Of a DNA stretch of 61,418 nt, positions 9,941-21,137 are shown one piece after another. Position 1 is the first letter of the stretch. Every line of letters starts with the position of its first letter. Origin of the DNA: Oligoflexia bacterium (GTDB lineage Bacteria; Bdellovibrionota; UBA1018; CAIPTA01; JAALKR01); assembly GCA_011087955.1 (NCBI GenBank), contig JAALKR010000010.1, positions 1 through 61,418 of the forward strand, given 5' to 3'. The notes below the pieces were generated by a model. That model worked only from the letters and a program-made list of their open reading frames with translations. It ran no database searches and was not told the DNA's origin. A program made the translations under genes and the position numbers.

Positions 9941-10816
9941 TTACGCCCGATCGCTCTTTCGACTACGTACGAACAGGGATGCATAGGCCAATAGGATTAT
10001 TAGCACGGTAAGACCTCCGCCAGCTTTCATCACGCGGGTCGCTAATAAAGCATATTTATTGGCTTTCGGGTCGTAACTATAGCAAAACAATAGAAATTTT
10101 TCAGCAAGGTTTCCGATTTTTCCTTCGCTAGCCTCGAGTAATGCGAGCTTTAAATCACGCGCTTTATAATTGATCCCGAAGAGGACTCGAGAGAGTTTTC
10201 CTTGCGGCGAAAGAATAAAAATTCCAGCCGCATGCGCAAATTCGTTTGTCTTCTCATTCCACCTATAGCCAAAGCCTATTTCATTGGCAGTCTTACGAGA
10301 GTTTTCCTCTTTGCCAGTCAAGAAAGCCCAATCCTGCGGATAGCTCAAAGCTTTCTGACCATTCCAGGCGCTCATTACAGCGTCCTTTTTGCGTTGAGCG
10401 GCCCCCCAAGACTCTTTTGCATCAAAACTAATGGTTACCACTCGGTATTGACGGCCAATTTCCCAGTCTAAATTTTCAAATGCTTCACGAGCCGCATCGA
10501 CCATCACTCCACAAAGCATCGGGCAACCGTAGTAGGCCATAATGAGGACTACCGGCTTTTGGCCATCAAAGTATTTACGGAGTGTGACATCCTCACCATT
10601 TTCATCCACGAATTGCGTGTCTAAGGAAATGGAGGTACTTAAGTTCGGGTTGATGCCGATACCTTCCAAATCTTTTGGTAGAGATTTGTCTTCACGCCTC
10701 TTTGCTGAGTCTGGAACGTATTCTTGCGCTTGCGAAATATTATTCGCAGGCGTAAAGCTAACGAACAACAAAAGGTAAATAGCCCCAAAGGCGGTACGCG
10801 AGCATCGGGTAAACAT
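9941..10816 (-). CDS. SCO family copper chaperone
   Basis: CPMLC (CxxxC), WAFLTG, FAH; signal peptide and C-terminal TM, as in ACIII-linked SCO genes. Confidence 0.93.
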   Translation of the reverse strand: MFTRCSRTAFGAIYLLLFVSFTPANNISQAQEYVPDSAKRREDKSLPKDLEGIGINPNLSTSISLDTQFVDENGEDVTLRKYFDGQKPVVLIMAYYGCPMLCGVMVDAAREAFENLDWEIGRQYRVVTISFDAKESWGAAQRKKDAVMSAWNGQKALSYPQDWAFLTGKEENSRKTANEIGFGYRWNEKTNEFAHAAGIFILSPQGKLSRVLFGINYKARDLKLALLEASEGKIGNLAEKFLLFCYSYDPKANKYALLATRVMKAGGGLTVLIILLAYASLFVRSRKSDRA

Positions 10817-10854
10817 AGGGTAGATTTAGCAGCATCCTTACGGAAGAGCAATCC

Positions 10855-11622
10855 ATGCAGATAAATATTACAGATTCAACACTAGAGCTGGAGCAAAATG
10901 GCGAGAATATCGCTGTCGATTGGGCGAATATTCGCTCTATCTCTTATCCACTCTTTGGCTCCTACCCTGTGGTTCGAACTCAATCGCAAGGGAAGCTCAT
11001 CTTGCGAGGCACTGAGCAAGAACTTGGTCAGGTTATCCCAGAAATTTTTGCAGCTTGGATGAAGCAGAATCCGCATTTGGCGAAAAAAATGGCTTTTGAC
11101 TATGCCGAGCCTCCAAAACAAGGAGCCTGGCTGCTGATTTGTCTGGCCACGTTATTTTGCTTCGTCTTAAGTGGGATGCTTTGGGTAGAAACTGCAACTC
11201 AGTATTCCTGTACAAGAGCATTGAAGGCGGCGCCGATTTTCGATCAGAACCCTGAGATCATAAAACTAAAGAAGAAACAGCGCGGGAATTTTCAGGTCAC
11301 ACTACGGTTTACTGCGGAGAATGGACAGGTTCTCGAAGGTAAACGTTTGACGCTCGAAACCTACAAAATGGGGAATGACCCATCCAAATTTTCTGTAGTT
11401 TACGGGAAAGGTAAGCCATATTGTTGGGTATTGAGTGAGAATCCGGACGAGATAGACATTAACTGGGCACGCCGGCGCTATCTAACGGCCTTCGATTTTT
11501 TCGTCGGACTTTGTTTCTTCATTACGGGGGTGGTCGCTCTGTATGCAGGTGTACGACGTCTCCGGGAAAAGCGACCTGGAAGAGAAGATATCATTTCCAG
11601 CATGGATGTAAATTTGAGCTAG
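10855..11622 (+). CDS. Hypothetical membrane protein (two TMs flanking a soluble domain)
   Basis: 255-aa ORF filling the gap between actF and SCO on the opposite strand. Confidence 0.75.
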   Translation: MQINITDSTLELEQNGENIAVDWANIRSISYPLFGSYPVVRTQSQGKLILRGTEQELGQVIPEIFAAWMKQNPHLAKKMAFDYAEPPKQGAWLLICLATLFCFVLSGMLWVETATQYSCTRALKAAPIFDQNPEIIKLKKKQRGNFQVTLRFTAENGQVLEGKRLTLETYKMGNDPSKFSVVYGKGKPYCWVLSENPDEIDINWARRRYLTAFDFFVGLCFFITGVVALYAGVRRLREKRPGREDIISSMDVNLS

Positions 11623-11642
11623 AGGCTAACGACGGTGACTGG

Positions 11643-12845
11643 CTACGCATACTCCACATGATGCTTTTTTGACTCATGGAGGTAAGGATCCATCAACGGA
11701 GTCATCGGATTCTTCGCCCAAAATTTACGGACGATTAGGATAAAAAATCCAAGAAAACCGAGAAAGAAGCCAACATCCTGCCAGCCGAGAATAAAGCCTT
11801 TAGCGGAATAAGATGGCATAATCATCCAGTTTAGGTCAATCCACTGAGAGAAAACGATCAATGTGCCAACGGCAGCACAGTACGGAAGATTCCTCTTCGC
11901 TGCTCGAGGTAAAAGCATTAAGAACGGCATAACAAACTTAGAGAAAATCAGCACTATACCAACGATAGGCCAAGTGCCGACCTCGCGATTTACGTAGTAA
12001 AAATTTTCTTCCGGAAGGTTGGCATACCAAATCAGTAAGTACTGTGAAACACCAATATAGGCATAGAACACGGTGAAACCGAACATATACTTGCCTAAAT
12101 CATGAATATGGTCAGTACGAACATATTCCATATAGCCGCTACGCTTCAGCAAGTAGATAGAAATTAGTATTACAGCGATTGTTGTCTGGATAAAACCAGC
12201 AAACATATACACACCAAAAATTGTAGAGAACCACTTCGGCTCTAAAGACTTAATCACATCTACAGCAAAAATCGTAAATAATGGCGCGAATAATACAAGG
12301 AAACCCGCAGCCAGCGGTTTTTGTTTATGGCGTAGCTCAATGTCTCCTTCACTGTCTTGGCGAAGTGAGTTACTCAATACCTTAGAAGAAAAATAAAGGA
12401 CGACAGCAAAAAAGATAACCATCCGAGCAATGAAGAAACCCGTCGAGAAATAGCCAACTTTGTGATGAAGAAAATGACCTGAATGCATTAAGTCATGGTC
12501 CATCCACGGATAGATATGAGATAAACCAAACAGCAAGAACAAAGTGGTGATGGCGCCCATTTTCAAATAGTCCGCCATTGCTTCCGGAACCCGGCGAATT
12601 AAAACGAACCAGCCAGATCCAGCTAAGTAATGGAAGCAAAGGAAAAGCATTGCTCCAAAACCAAGGCCGAGGAACATAACATTATGGAGTAAATAGGCTC
12701 TCCAAGTGCGTTCCGCATCGGTGAACATTCCAATGCCAAATGTCAGAATGCCTAGTGCAATTAATGCAAATACGACTTGATTCGTAAAGCCGCTGGTTTG
12801 CAATTTTTCGTCAAATTTACCGACGGATATCGCTTCTGCATCCAT
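11643..12845 (-). CDS. actF: Alternative complex III subunit ActF
   Basis: Multi-TM; RRVPEA, SLEPKWFSTIFG, HDLGKYMF, QYLLIWYANLPEE. Confidence 0.93.
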   Translation of the reverse strand: MDAEAISVGKFDEKLQTSGFTNQVVFALIALGILTFGIGMFTDAERTWRAYLLHNVMFLGLGFGAMLFLCFHYLAGSGWFVLIRRVPEAMADYLKMGAITTLFLLFGLSHIYPWMDHDLMHSGHFLHHKVGYFSTGFFIARMVIFFAVVLYFSSKVLSNSLRQDSEGDIELRHKQKPLAAGFLVLFAPLFTIFAVDVIKSLEPKWFSTIFGVYMFAGFIQTTIAVILISIYLLKRSGYMEYVRTDHIHDLGKYMFGFTVFYAYIGVSQYLLIWYANLPEENFYYVNREVGTWPIVGIVLIFSKFVMPFLMLLPRAAKRNLPYCAAVGTLIVFSQWIDLNWMIMPSYSAKGFILGWQDVGFFLGFLGFFILIVRKFWAKNPMTPLMDPYLHESKKHHVEYA

Positions 12846-12846
12846 A

Positions 12847-13440
12847 CTAGTTAACCTTTCGCTGTTCTAGTAAGTCCAAGTCTGATTGTTTTGGATTCTC
12901 TGCCCGTTGCAATACGCGCAAAAACTGAATGATAGCCCAACGATCTTCGCGTGTAACTTGCGAAGCATAAGCCGGCATCACGCCTTGGCCCTTAGTTATC
13001 ACGTGGTAAAGGTGGCCATCGACAAATCCTCTAGCTTGGTCCGATACTAAGGATTTCGGAATCGGATACGGTGGAACCACCGGGCCATCGCCAATTCCAC
13101 GTTCACCGTGGCAAGCATAGCAATAAATATTATAAACATCTCGTCCACGATGGATAACCTCGCGCGAGAACGGAAGTGGGTTCTTTAGTTTGAGACCGGC
13201 TTCTTCTGCTGACTTCATGGTGTAGGGAAAAAAGCCTCGTGGAATGGTTCCTTTCGGTGGCATAAGTACCGACGCACCGGCGGTGCCGTCTTCGTAACCA
13301 CGCTGTGGCTTCATAACTGGAGTTGTATGCATGTGTGGCATATATTGCAGAACAGTTCTTTCTGTCTTGCCGCCACAAGCTGTAAAAACCAAAAGCAACG
13401 TTGGAACTAGAGTAATAACTAGAATAATATTTTTCAGCAT
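12847..13440 (-). CDS. actE: Alternative complex III monoheme lipoprotein ActE
   Basis: Lipobox FTAC, YMPHM, PPKGTIPRG, CYACHG, MPAY, DRWAI. Confidence 0.93.
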   Translation of the reverse strand: MLKNIILVITLVPTLLLVFTACGGKTERTVLQYMPHMHTTPVMKPQRGYEDGTAGASVLMPPKGTIPRGFFPYTMKSAEEAGLKLKNPLPFSREVIHRGRDVYNIYCYACHGERGIGDGPVVPPYPIPKSLVSDQARGFVDGHLYHVITKGQGVMPAYASQVTREDRWAIIQFLRVLQRAENPKQSDLDLLEQRKVN

Positions 13441-13442
13441 TA

Positions 13443-13967
13443 TTATAACTCCTCCGTCACCAGAGAGACCTGCTCAGCGCCAAGTCCGTTTAAGAATGAA
13501 TGCACTGAATTTTCCGATCCGTTCGCCGTTGAAAACGGAACATAAAGTGCAAATCGGTCATCCGTTAGCCGCGGGTTAATCGGCTTCTTGAAATTCGGCA
13601 TTCCCATCAAATAGAAAGTGAAAGCTACTGTACCGAGAGCACCTAAAAGAACCGTCAGTTCGAAGATGATTGGAATGAAGGCTGGATAAGAGATAAATGG
13701 CTTGCCACCAACATTGATGGGCCAATTAGTTGCCGAAGTCCAAATCTGTAAGGCGTGAGCTAGAGAAAAACCTCCCAAACCGCAGACGAAAGTTGCCCAA
13801 GGAACGACCGAAAATTTAATGCTCAAAGCATCGTTCATTCCATGGACCGGAAACGGGGTGTATGTCTCTACACCCATCAAGCCTCTTTCCTTCGTCTTAT
13901 AGGCAGCCTCTAGGATAGCCTTGGGCGAATCAAAATACGCTACTACACCATGCGCTCCGTCATTCAT
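13443..13967 (-). CDS. actD: Alternative complex III subunit ActD (DUF3341-type)
   Basis: [28 protein letters not shown]. Confidence 0.93.
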   Translation of the reverse strand: MNDGAHGVVAYFDSPKAILEAAYKTKERGLMGVETYTPFPVHGMNDALSIKFSVVPWATFVCGLGGFSLAHALQIWTSATNWPINVGGKPFISYPAFIPIIFELTVLLGALGTVAFTFYLMGMPNFKKPINPRLTDDRFALYVPFSTANGSENSVHSFLNGLGAEQVSLVTEEL

Positions 13968-15340
13968 TGATGCGCCCCCGTTTTCATTACACTCGTTTTC
14001 ATTACGTTCTTAACTTCTGAAATTGCTACGATTGGAAGTAGGCGACAGAAGAGTAGGAACAGGGTGAAGAAGAGACCAAAGCTACCTAGCGTAATCGCCC
14101 AGTCCGCCCAAGTCGGCGTATAGTACGCCCAAGAAGCGGGAAGGAAATCACGATGGAGTGAAGTCACGACAATCACAAACCGCTCAAACCACATGCCGAT
14201 ATTCACAAAAACCGATACGATGAACATCAGTGCAATATTCCTTCTGTACTTACGAATCCAGAAGACCTGTGGAATCACTGAGTTACAAATAATCATCGTC
14301 CAGTAGGACCAAGCGTATGGTCCAAAGGCGCGGTTAATGAAAGCATATTGCTCAAATGGGTTGCCAGAATACCAAGCGATGAAAAATTCAGTTGCATAGG
14401 CCAACCCTACGAGCATACCTGTACACATAATGATCTTACACATAGCTTCCATATGATTGACTGTAATGTAGTCCTTCATATTGAAGACCTCGCGCGAGAT
14501 CACCATCAGAGTTACCACCATTGCAAATCCAGAGAAGATCGCACCAATAACGAAGTACGGTGGGAAAATTGTTGTGTGCCAACCAGGAATTAATGAGACT
14601 GCGAAATCGAAAGATACGATTGTGTGCACAGAAAGCACGAGTGGTGCAGAAAGACCGGCCAAAATACCATAAGCCTTCTCATAGTCATTCCAGTGCCGCG
14701 CAGCCCCACGCCAGCCCATAGCCATTAATCCGTAGATTCGCTTACGAAGTGGGTTAATGGCTCGGTCTCGAACGGTAGCCAAATCCGGAATCAAACCAAG
14801 GTACCAGAAAACTGCCGAAACAGTGAAGTAAGTGGACACTGCGAATACGTCCCAAAGGAGTGGCGAGCGGAAGTTCACCCAAAGTGGCCCCATATTATTC
14901 GGGTACGGCAGCAGCCAGTAAACGGCCAACCAGGGCCTACCAGTGTGAATAATCGGAAAGACCAATGCACAAATTACCGCGAAGATGGTCATTGCTTCCG
15001 CGGCCCGGTTAATACCAGTCCGCCAATCTTGTCGGAACAGGTAAAGAACAGCGGAAATCAACGTTCCCGCGTGGCCGATACCGATCCAAAATACGAAGTT
15101 AATAATTGCCAGACCCCAACCGTTCGGGTTCTGCAGTCCCCAGATCCCTATACCTTCCCAAAAAAGGTAGCCGATGACAGCAAAGCCGAATGACATACAG
15201 GTCACGGCAATCGTGAAACAGAGTAACCACTTCTGTGTTGGAAAGGATTCCAAAGGCCGGCAAATATCATTAGAAATGTCGGCGTAGGATTTCCTGCCCG
15301 TAACTAGATCTTCTCTTTCTAATTGTACCACTTCACTCAT
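13964..15340 (-). CDS. actC: Alternative complex III quinol-oxidising subunit ActC (NrfD family)
   Basis: [54 protein letters not shown]. Confidence 0.97.
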   Translation of the reverse strand: MSEVVQLEREDLVTGRKSYADISNDICRPLESFPTQKWLLCFTIAVTCMSFGFAVIGYLFWEGIGIWGLQNPNGWGLAIINFVFWIGIGHAGTLISAVLYLFRQDWRTGINRAAEAMTIFAVICALVFPIIHTGRPWLAVYWLLPYPNNMGPLWVNFRSPLLWDVFAVSTYFTVSAVFWYLGLIPDLATVRDRAINPLRKRIYGLMAMGWRGAARHWNDYEKAYGILAGLSAPLVLSVHTIVSFDFAVSLIPGWHTTIFPPYFVIGAIFSGFAMVVTLMVISREVFNMKDYITVNHMEAMCKIIMCTGMLVGLAYATEFFIAWYSGNPFEQYAFINRAFGPYAWSYWTMIICNSVIPQVFWIRKYRRNIALMFIVSVFVNIGMWFERFVIVVTSLHRDFLPASWAYYTPTWADWAITLGSFGLFFTLFLLFCRLLPIVAISEVKNVMKTSVMKTGAHQ

Positions 15341-15376
15341 ATATCAATCCTTATTAGTGACGGCCGCTCCCTATTG

Positions 15377-18300
15377 TTAGTGATGGCTGCTATCGCCATG
15401 CTCTTCGCTAGGTGTACGATTCCAAATCTTAGTTAAGTAGGACACTGAAGGCTTAATACCTAGTTCCTCGAGGACCACAAAGCTTCTTGGGTTCTTACCT
15501 TGTTGGGCAACCATGCTCGAACCATTGTTCATGTCACCGAACATAATGGCATCTGTCGGACAAGCAGCCTGACAAGCCGTTTGTAGGTCATTGTCACCAA
15601 TGCGACGGCCTTCACGCTTACCGATGTTTTTGGCATACTCGATTCGTTGCGTACAGAAAGAACACTTTTCCATTACACCACGAGAGCGGATCGTAACTTC
15701 TGGGTTCTTCGATAACGGAATCGGATATTCCATTTTTCCGTTCATCGGTTGATTGTATTCATAGAAATTAAAGCGCCGAACTTTATAAGGACAGTTGTTT
15801 GCACAATATCGAGTTCCCACGCATCGGTTATAAACCATTTGGTTGAGGCCTTCGTCATTGTGAACCGTCGCCAATACCGGGCAGACTGTTTCACATGGAG
15901 CATCTTCACAATGCTGACAAACCATTGGGTGGTTTATTACTTCAGGGTTCTCGGCATCCCCTCTGTAATAGCGATCAATTCGAATCCAGTGCATCTCCCG
16001 ACCACGAACCACTTCGTCTCGGCCAACAACGGGGATATTATTTTCCACATTACAAGCCATCACACAGGACGTGCAGCCCGTACACTTATTGAGATCAATT
16101 ACCATGCCCCAGCGGTAGCCCTTATACTCGTGGCCATTCCAAAGATTCGTGATTTCTTTCAAATGGTGAACAATGCCGGATTCCGGTGCGTTCAAATATT
16201 CTTCATAGGAAGTTTCAAAAGAAACGTCTCGGCCCTCGGTTGCATGGTGCTCTTGCGTATTTGCTAAAGCTCGACTTTTCCCAACAACAGGAGTGATCTT
16301 TACGCCAGAGGCTACGTGAGTGACAATTCGATCAATCGTATTCAAAAACGATTGGGCACTTCCACCGATTTCATCCGTAATGCGTCCACCGACTCGGCCG
16401 TACCCCATGTTTGTTACGATAATGTCTGAACGAAGTCCTGGCTGTACATACACTGGAAGCTCAATGGCAGCATTAGAGTTTTTAAGGTTAACGAAGTCAC
16501 CATCCTTAACGTTCAATGCTTCCGCGGTCTTTGGAGATAGGGAAACTGTATTTTCCCAAGTCATCTTTGTAACCGGATCTGGAATTTCCTGTAAGTGTGC
16601 GTTGTTCGATTGAGTGCCGTCGCGCAAGGCAATACTTGGCTTAACTAGCAATGTATACGTTCCCTCAGCACGATACGGCCGTAGGGAGCCTGCGGTCGAA
16701 ACGGCTCGCTTTAGCGCCCCGCTGGAAAAGTTGCGAGCCTTGATCAGACCTGAATTCCGGTCCTTATTCTGATTCTTCGCACCATCGAAAAATCCCTCAT
16801 GCAGCCCCTTCACCCAAAAATCCTCGAAATCTCCAGGTGCGGAGGCTTCGTCCTTCACTCGTCGCCAAGTGTTTCGAACCATTTCGTAAGAATTTTCTTC
16901 TGGTGGAGAATTTCCAGCTATTCCAGTCCAAACAATCAATGAATCAAGGAAGGAACGTGTATTCCAAACTGGAGAAATTGTCGGTTGAACAATCGCATAA
17001 AGATAATTCGAAGGGTTTACATCACCCCAAGATTCAAGGGCGTGACTTTCCGCCGCTACATACTGGGCCTTGCGCGCTGTTTTGTTGAAATAGGTACCAA
17101 CAAATACAAGGTTCTTGACTTTGCGGAGTGCTTCTTCAAAACCTAAAGAGCTTGGTAGGTCATAGAGGGGATCCACTCCATGAACCACTAGGGTATCGAT
17201 TGACCCAGCGTTCATCGCCGTAACTAGTCTTTCCACTTGCTCGACAGAACCTTGGTACAGGTTGGAAGTCATCTCTTTGCCGTCAATTACTGTGCCCTCA
17301 TTACCGAGCGCGGAGTTAACAAAATTAACTACGTTTTGGACCGCAACAGCATATTCAGTCTTTGCGCCGACACCACCGGCCATGAGGAGGCTTTGGCCAG
17401 GATTGCGAACAAGCTGTTGGGCAGCTTCCTTGATTAAGTCTTCTTCCACTTCAGAACGCTTTGCAACGTTTGCTATAGAGAACGATTCACCTAAGCCGTC
17501 AATATTACGATCAATGAGACGGGAGACTTCTTTCGCAATCGCAAGAGCAAGGTGTAGGTGATCTTCCGGATGGATGCTCACGCGCTTGTCCGCATTCATT
17601 CCTGTCAATGTCATTGCGGATTCAAACATGAAGAGCTTTGAGTAACCATCGCCGTCCAATGAACGAGTGCTGATGAACTGCCGTGAGAACTCTTCTGGCG
17701 TAATCATTGTATCGAGGAAATCCGCATCGATTGAAATAATTACTTTCGCGCGGTCAAAGCGATAGCGAGGCAATACAGCCCGTCCGTAGGACTCTTGCTG
17801 ACCACGATGCATATGTTCCATTCCGAGTGGATCAAATTGATAGTGGCTAGCGCGGAAACGCTCCATCACCCGCTTGATACTTGGGCTATGGGTAGTTCGT
17901 GTCAAGAACGCAATCTCCTGACCCTCATCGAGGGCACCCTTGATTTCACGATCAAAAATTTCCCAAGGCACATTTTCACCCTTAAATTTCGGCATACGCA
18001 AACGGTCTGGATCATATAAATCCAAAATAGTTGCTTGTCCTGTTAGGCCAATACCTTTCCCACCCTCTGGAAATTCCGGGTTGCCATCTACTTTAATCGG
18101 ACGGCCTTCACGTGTAGTAACGATTAAACCCTGACCTGTAATTGGGTCGGCAGAGGAATAATAATTCGGAACACCTGGAGTGATTTCTTCCGGCTTATTC
18201 ACGTAAGGAACAATTTTTTGCACCGGTCGGCGAGTACAGCCAGCCAATGATCCCAGAACTGTGGTTGCCCCCATCAGTTTTAAGAAATTTCGACGGTTCA

Positions 18301-18439
18301 CACCGAGCTCGTCTGCCATCTTTTCTGGTAGCTCAAGAAATTCACCTTTTGTATGAGCATTGGACAAAGCCGGGGTTTTATACTCGTTCAGGCTCAACCA
18401 ATATTTTTTTGGCGCCGTATTTTGTTTTTGCTCTTGCAT
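15377..18439 (-). CDS. actB: Alternative complex III subunit ActB (Mo-oxidoreductase-like domain + Fe-S domain)
   Basis: Tat signal RRNFLK, EGRPIKVDGNP, CTGCTSCVMAC, CQHCEDAPCETVCP, CVGTRYCANNCPY, KCSFC. Confidence 0.97.
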   Translation of the reverse strand: MQEQKQNTAPKKYWLSLNEYKTPALSNAHTKGEFLELPEKMADELGVNRRNFLKLMGATTVLGSLAGCTRRPVQKIVPYVNKPEEITPGVPNYYSSADPITGQGLIVTTREGRPIKVDGNPEFPEGGKGIGLTGQATILDLYDPDRLRMPKFKGENVPWEIFDREIKGALDEGQEIAFLTRTTHSPSIKRVMERFRASHYQFDPLGMEHMHRGQQESYGRAVLPRYRFDRAKVIISIDADFLDTMITPEEFSRQFISTRSLDGDGYSKLFMFESAMTLTGMNADKRVSIHPEDHLHLALAIAKEVSRLIDRNIDGLGESFSIANVAKRSEVEEDLIKEAAQQLVRNPGQSLLMAGGVGAKTEYAVAVQNVVNFVNSALGNEGTVIDGKEMTSNLYQGSVEQVERLVTAMNAGSIDTLVVHGVDPLYDLPSSLGFEEALRKVKNLVFVGTYFNKTARKAQYVAAESHALESWGDVNPSNYLYAIVQPTISPVWNTRSFLDSLIVWTGIAGNSPPEENSYEMVRNTWRRVKDEASAPGDFEDFWVKGLHEGFFDGAKNQNKDRNSGLIKARNFSSGALKRAVSTAGSLRPYRAEGTYTLLVKPSIALRDGTQSNNAHLQEIPDPVTKMTWENTVSLSPKTAEALNVKDGDFVNLKNSNAAIELPVYVQPGLRSDIIVTNMGYGRVGGRITDEIGGSAQSFLNTIDRIVTHVASGVKITPVVGKSRALANTQEHHATEGRDVSFETSYEEYLNAPESGIVHHLKEITNLWNGHEYKGYRWGMVIDLNKCTGCTSCVMACNVENNIPVVGRDEVVRGREMHWIRIDRYYRGDAENPEVINHPMVCQHCEDAPCETVCPVLATVHNDEGLNQMVYNRCVGTRYCANNCPYKVRRFNFYEYNQPMNGKMEYPIPLSKNPEVTIRSRGVMEKCSFCTQRIEYAKNIGKREGRRIGDNDLQTACQAACPTDAIMFGDMNNGSSMVAQQGKNPRSFVVLEELGIKPSVSYLTKIWNRTPSEEHGDSSHH

Positions 18440-18452
18440 AAAGCCTTAACTC

Positions 18453-19013
18453 CTAACGGTGACAGGTCGAACACTCGATTGGTGCTGGTGGTTTTTGTTC
18501 ACGGTGACAATTCACACACCAGCCCATGGAAAGTGTGTTGGCTTGATATACTTTTTCCATCTCTTGGACATTGCCGTGGCATTTCGCACAGGAAACCCCG
18601 CGTGCGACGTGTCGCTCGTGGTTAAAGTAAACAAAGTCCGGAAGAACATATACGTTCACCCACTGAATTGGCTCCCCTTTGTTATAGGCATCCGTCAATT
18701 TTTTGATATGTGGTGAATCCTTCTTCACGTGTTGGTGACAGTTCATACACACATTCAAACTTGGAACGTTTGAGTGGGCAGAGCGACCAACAGATGTATG
18801 ACAGTACTTACAATCGATCTTTCGTTCACCAGCATGCAATTTGTGACTGAAGGGAATTGGCTGAGATGGAGCATATCCAACGCCGCGTCCTGGGTAGAGG
18901 TAGACTACAAAAGCAGCTACCGTCAGAACGCTCGCAAGAACCATTACTACGATAAACTTACGGTCAACCTTATGTCCTTTATCTTCCACGCTTACAATGA
19001 CCCACTTCACCAA
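18453..19013 (-). CDS. actA: Alternative complex III pentaheme cytochrome ActA
   Basis: QPIPFSHKLH and five CxxCH motifs (CKYCH, CMNCH, CAKCH, CVNCH, CSTCH); exact start uncertain. Confidence 0.95.
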   Translation of the reverse strand: MVKWVIVSVEDKGHKVDRKFIVVMVLASVLTVAAFVVYLYPGRGVGYAPSQPIPFSHKLHAGERKIDCKYCHTSVGRSAHSNVPSLNVCMNCHQHVKKDSPHIKKLTDAYNKGEPIQWVNVYVLPDFVYFNHERHVARGVSCAKCHGNVQEMEKVYQANTLSMGWCVNCHREQKPPAPIECSTCHR

Positions 19014-19337
19014 TTACCGACGCTGTCGCCAGTCGCCGCATTCTGTTATTTTGCTTTGCCCTTTTCTTAAACAAAATCCAACCTATACGCCATAGTTTTT
19101 TTGATATATGTAAGGATAATGATAATTCCGGGCACAATTCTTCGAAAAAATACGGCAGTAGGTCCTGTTACGCCGTCACTTCAGCCGATTAGCACAGAGC
19201 AAATGAATGGTGCGAAGCAGAAAAAGAACTCTCAATCGATAAATCGGCGAGAATATTTTCGACAAATTTTGCCGCGTTTAGGAAACCGCTTCACCAAGGG
19301 GATACGCGAAATTAATTCTGCGGAGCGCGACATTATG

Positions 19338-21137
19338 TCAACGTATTAGAGCCGATCTAACTTTAAAAGCAGCTAGCGCAACAAAAACGCATTGCAGGAC
19401 GGAATAAACAAAAACCTCTGTGTTTCCACCACTAGAGAAACCATAGCTATGTAAACCGGCACCAAGGATAAAATTCACTCCGTACCAAGCCATCAAAACC
19501 AAAAGAAAGGCAATTATACAGGAAGCGAGAAACCCAAAATCTTTTACCATTCCTCTATACCGAGCATGAATTATCGCTATGTAACCAAGAAACGCAATTA
19601 ATGCCCAAGTTTCCTTTGGATCCCAGCCCCAAAATCTTCCCCAAGAATAGTCGGCCCAAATACCACCGAGAATCGTTCCAGTGCCTAGCAGAACGACACC
19701 GATTTGAACCGATCGATACGCATATTGTGCCATTGGTTTAAGTGGAAATAACTTTGAAGTTCTTCCAAGAAAAACTAGTGGAGCGATTGCTAAATTTCCA
19801 AGCATTAACGACAAAGCAAATGCCGCATAACTAAGCGTGATTGTCAAAACATGAATCAATAACCAAAAATTTGAACGAAGAACCGGCTCTAGTGGATGAA
19901 TGGAGTTATCAAGAACGGCGGAGCTTAGATCAGAAATCATGAGGCAAAGGATTGCAAAAATTAAGGAACAAATTGATACGACACGCCTTTTATTTAGTAA
20001 TTCGATAATAAACCCGAAAAACATAGAGCCGAAAGCTACCCAAATTACAGATTCATACATGTTGGTTACCGGTGGTCTCTCTGCAATCATACAACGGAGA
20101 TAGTAGCCGTAGATTTGTAGGCCAAAGCTGATAAGGAAAAGTCCTAAGCCCAAGAAGTAGGTCGTTGAATTTGGTAGCCCTTCTTTCATAGAAGCTACTG
20201 TCGAGCTGTCACGGACTAAGGAAGCCGACAGTAGAATCAGTGATAGTAGTGCTACCACCCAGGCCCATCGGAATGGTCTAGCCTCATTGTAGTGTACTTC
20301 TCGGGCCATTACCGTTGTGGAAGGATACACTTCCGTATTAACCAATGAGGCCATTTGCATAAATTCAGATACTTTTTCTTTTGTACGTAGCTGCTGCTCG
20401 GGGTCTGTGTTTTGAAAGGCCGCTGCAATCAACCAAAAACGAAGTTTTTGTTCTTCTGAAGTCTGATCTAGCCCCACCCACTTATCCGAGTCAGCTCCGG
20501 ACTCTGGGGGAACTAGGGCTAGTATTTTACCAGATACAAGAAATGAAAATACAGAGACTTGATTCCGGATTTGGGAAACCGCTTGATAGTAGGGATCGAG
20601 TTTTTCATTCCCCGCTTCCTTGTTTTGCAGCTCTTGAGTTAGCGGCAGGATCTTCTGATTCAAGCGCAGCTCTTTTAATGAAAAATACTTACGATCAAGC
20701 TCCAACCCCAGGTCTTTTTTTAGCGGTGTATAGCGGACGGGTACTATAGGATGACTTTCCCAAAATTTCGGATGAAATAGCATGGAGAAGAAGATTTCTA
20801 CCGGGTGACGACCTTTCACCTTTTCCTTGCCATGAAGTAAATGAATTATTTCTCTGGCTAGCGTGTCGACAGGCTTTATTCGTCCACCCGACTGCACCGG
20901 CAAGACTGCTATGCCCGCAACCGCCACTTTTTCTCTCGCCGGACGTTCTAGTGGGTTTTTAATCGGCTCACCAGTGCCCATTTTCCCAGGTGCAATTTCC
21001 GATTGCTTCATTTGATCGGCAAAAGTAGTTGCTGAAAAAATTGTAAAGATCGAAACCAAGATCCATATCCATTGAATTCGAAACAAATTACAGTACGAGC
21101 TCATGCGGTCACCTCCGTCGGCCTTTTCTGAAGCCAT
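19338..21137 (-). CDS. ccsA: Cytochrome c biogenesis system II CcsA-type protein with periplasmic extension
   Basis: GRIKP, PVTNMYES, PVLRSNFWLLIHV, WADYSWGRFWGWDPKETW, GLHSYG; true start may be slightly downstream. Confidence 0.95.
   Translation of the reverse strand: MASEKADGGDRMSSYCNLFRIQWIWILVSIFTIFSATTFADQMKQSEIAPGKMGTGEPIKNPLERPAREKVAVAGIAVLPVQSGGRIKPVDTLAREIIHLLHGKEKVKGRHPVEIFFSMLFHPKFWESHPIVPVRYTPLKKDLGLELDRKYFSLKELRLNQKILPLTQELQNKEAGNEKLDPYYQAVSQIRNQVSVFSFLVSGKILALVPPESGADSDKWVGLDQTSEEQKLRFWLIAAAFQNTDPEQQLRTKEKVSEFMQMASLVNTEVYPSTTVMAREVHYNEARPFRWAWVVALLSLILLSASLVRDSSTVASMKEGLPNSTTYFLGLGLFLISFGLQIYGYYLRCMIAERPPVTNMYESVIWVAFGSMFFGFIIELLNKRRVVSICSLIFAILCLMISDLSSAVLDNSIHPLEPVLRSNFWLLIHVLTITLSYAAFALSLMLGNLAIAPLVFLGRTSKLFPLKPMAQYAYRSVQIGVVLLGTGTILGGIWADYSWGRFWGWDPKETWALIAFLGYIAIIHARYRGMVKDFGFLASCIIAFLLVLMAWYGVNFILGAGLHSYGFSSGGNTEVFVYSVLQCVFVALAAFKVRSALIR

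Noticed and set aside
10837-10850. 14-mer CTTACGGAAGAGCA also present at 46230-46243
   Set aside because: A few 14-bp matches are expected by chance in 61 kb, and there is no shared flanking context
19079-19114. sigma54-like TGGCGT-N5-TTGGA (minus strand) and FNR-like half site TTGAT upstream of actA
   Set aside because: The -12 GC is missing and the second FNR half-site is poor
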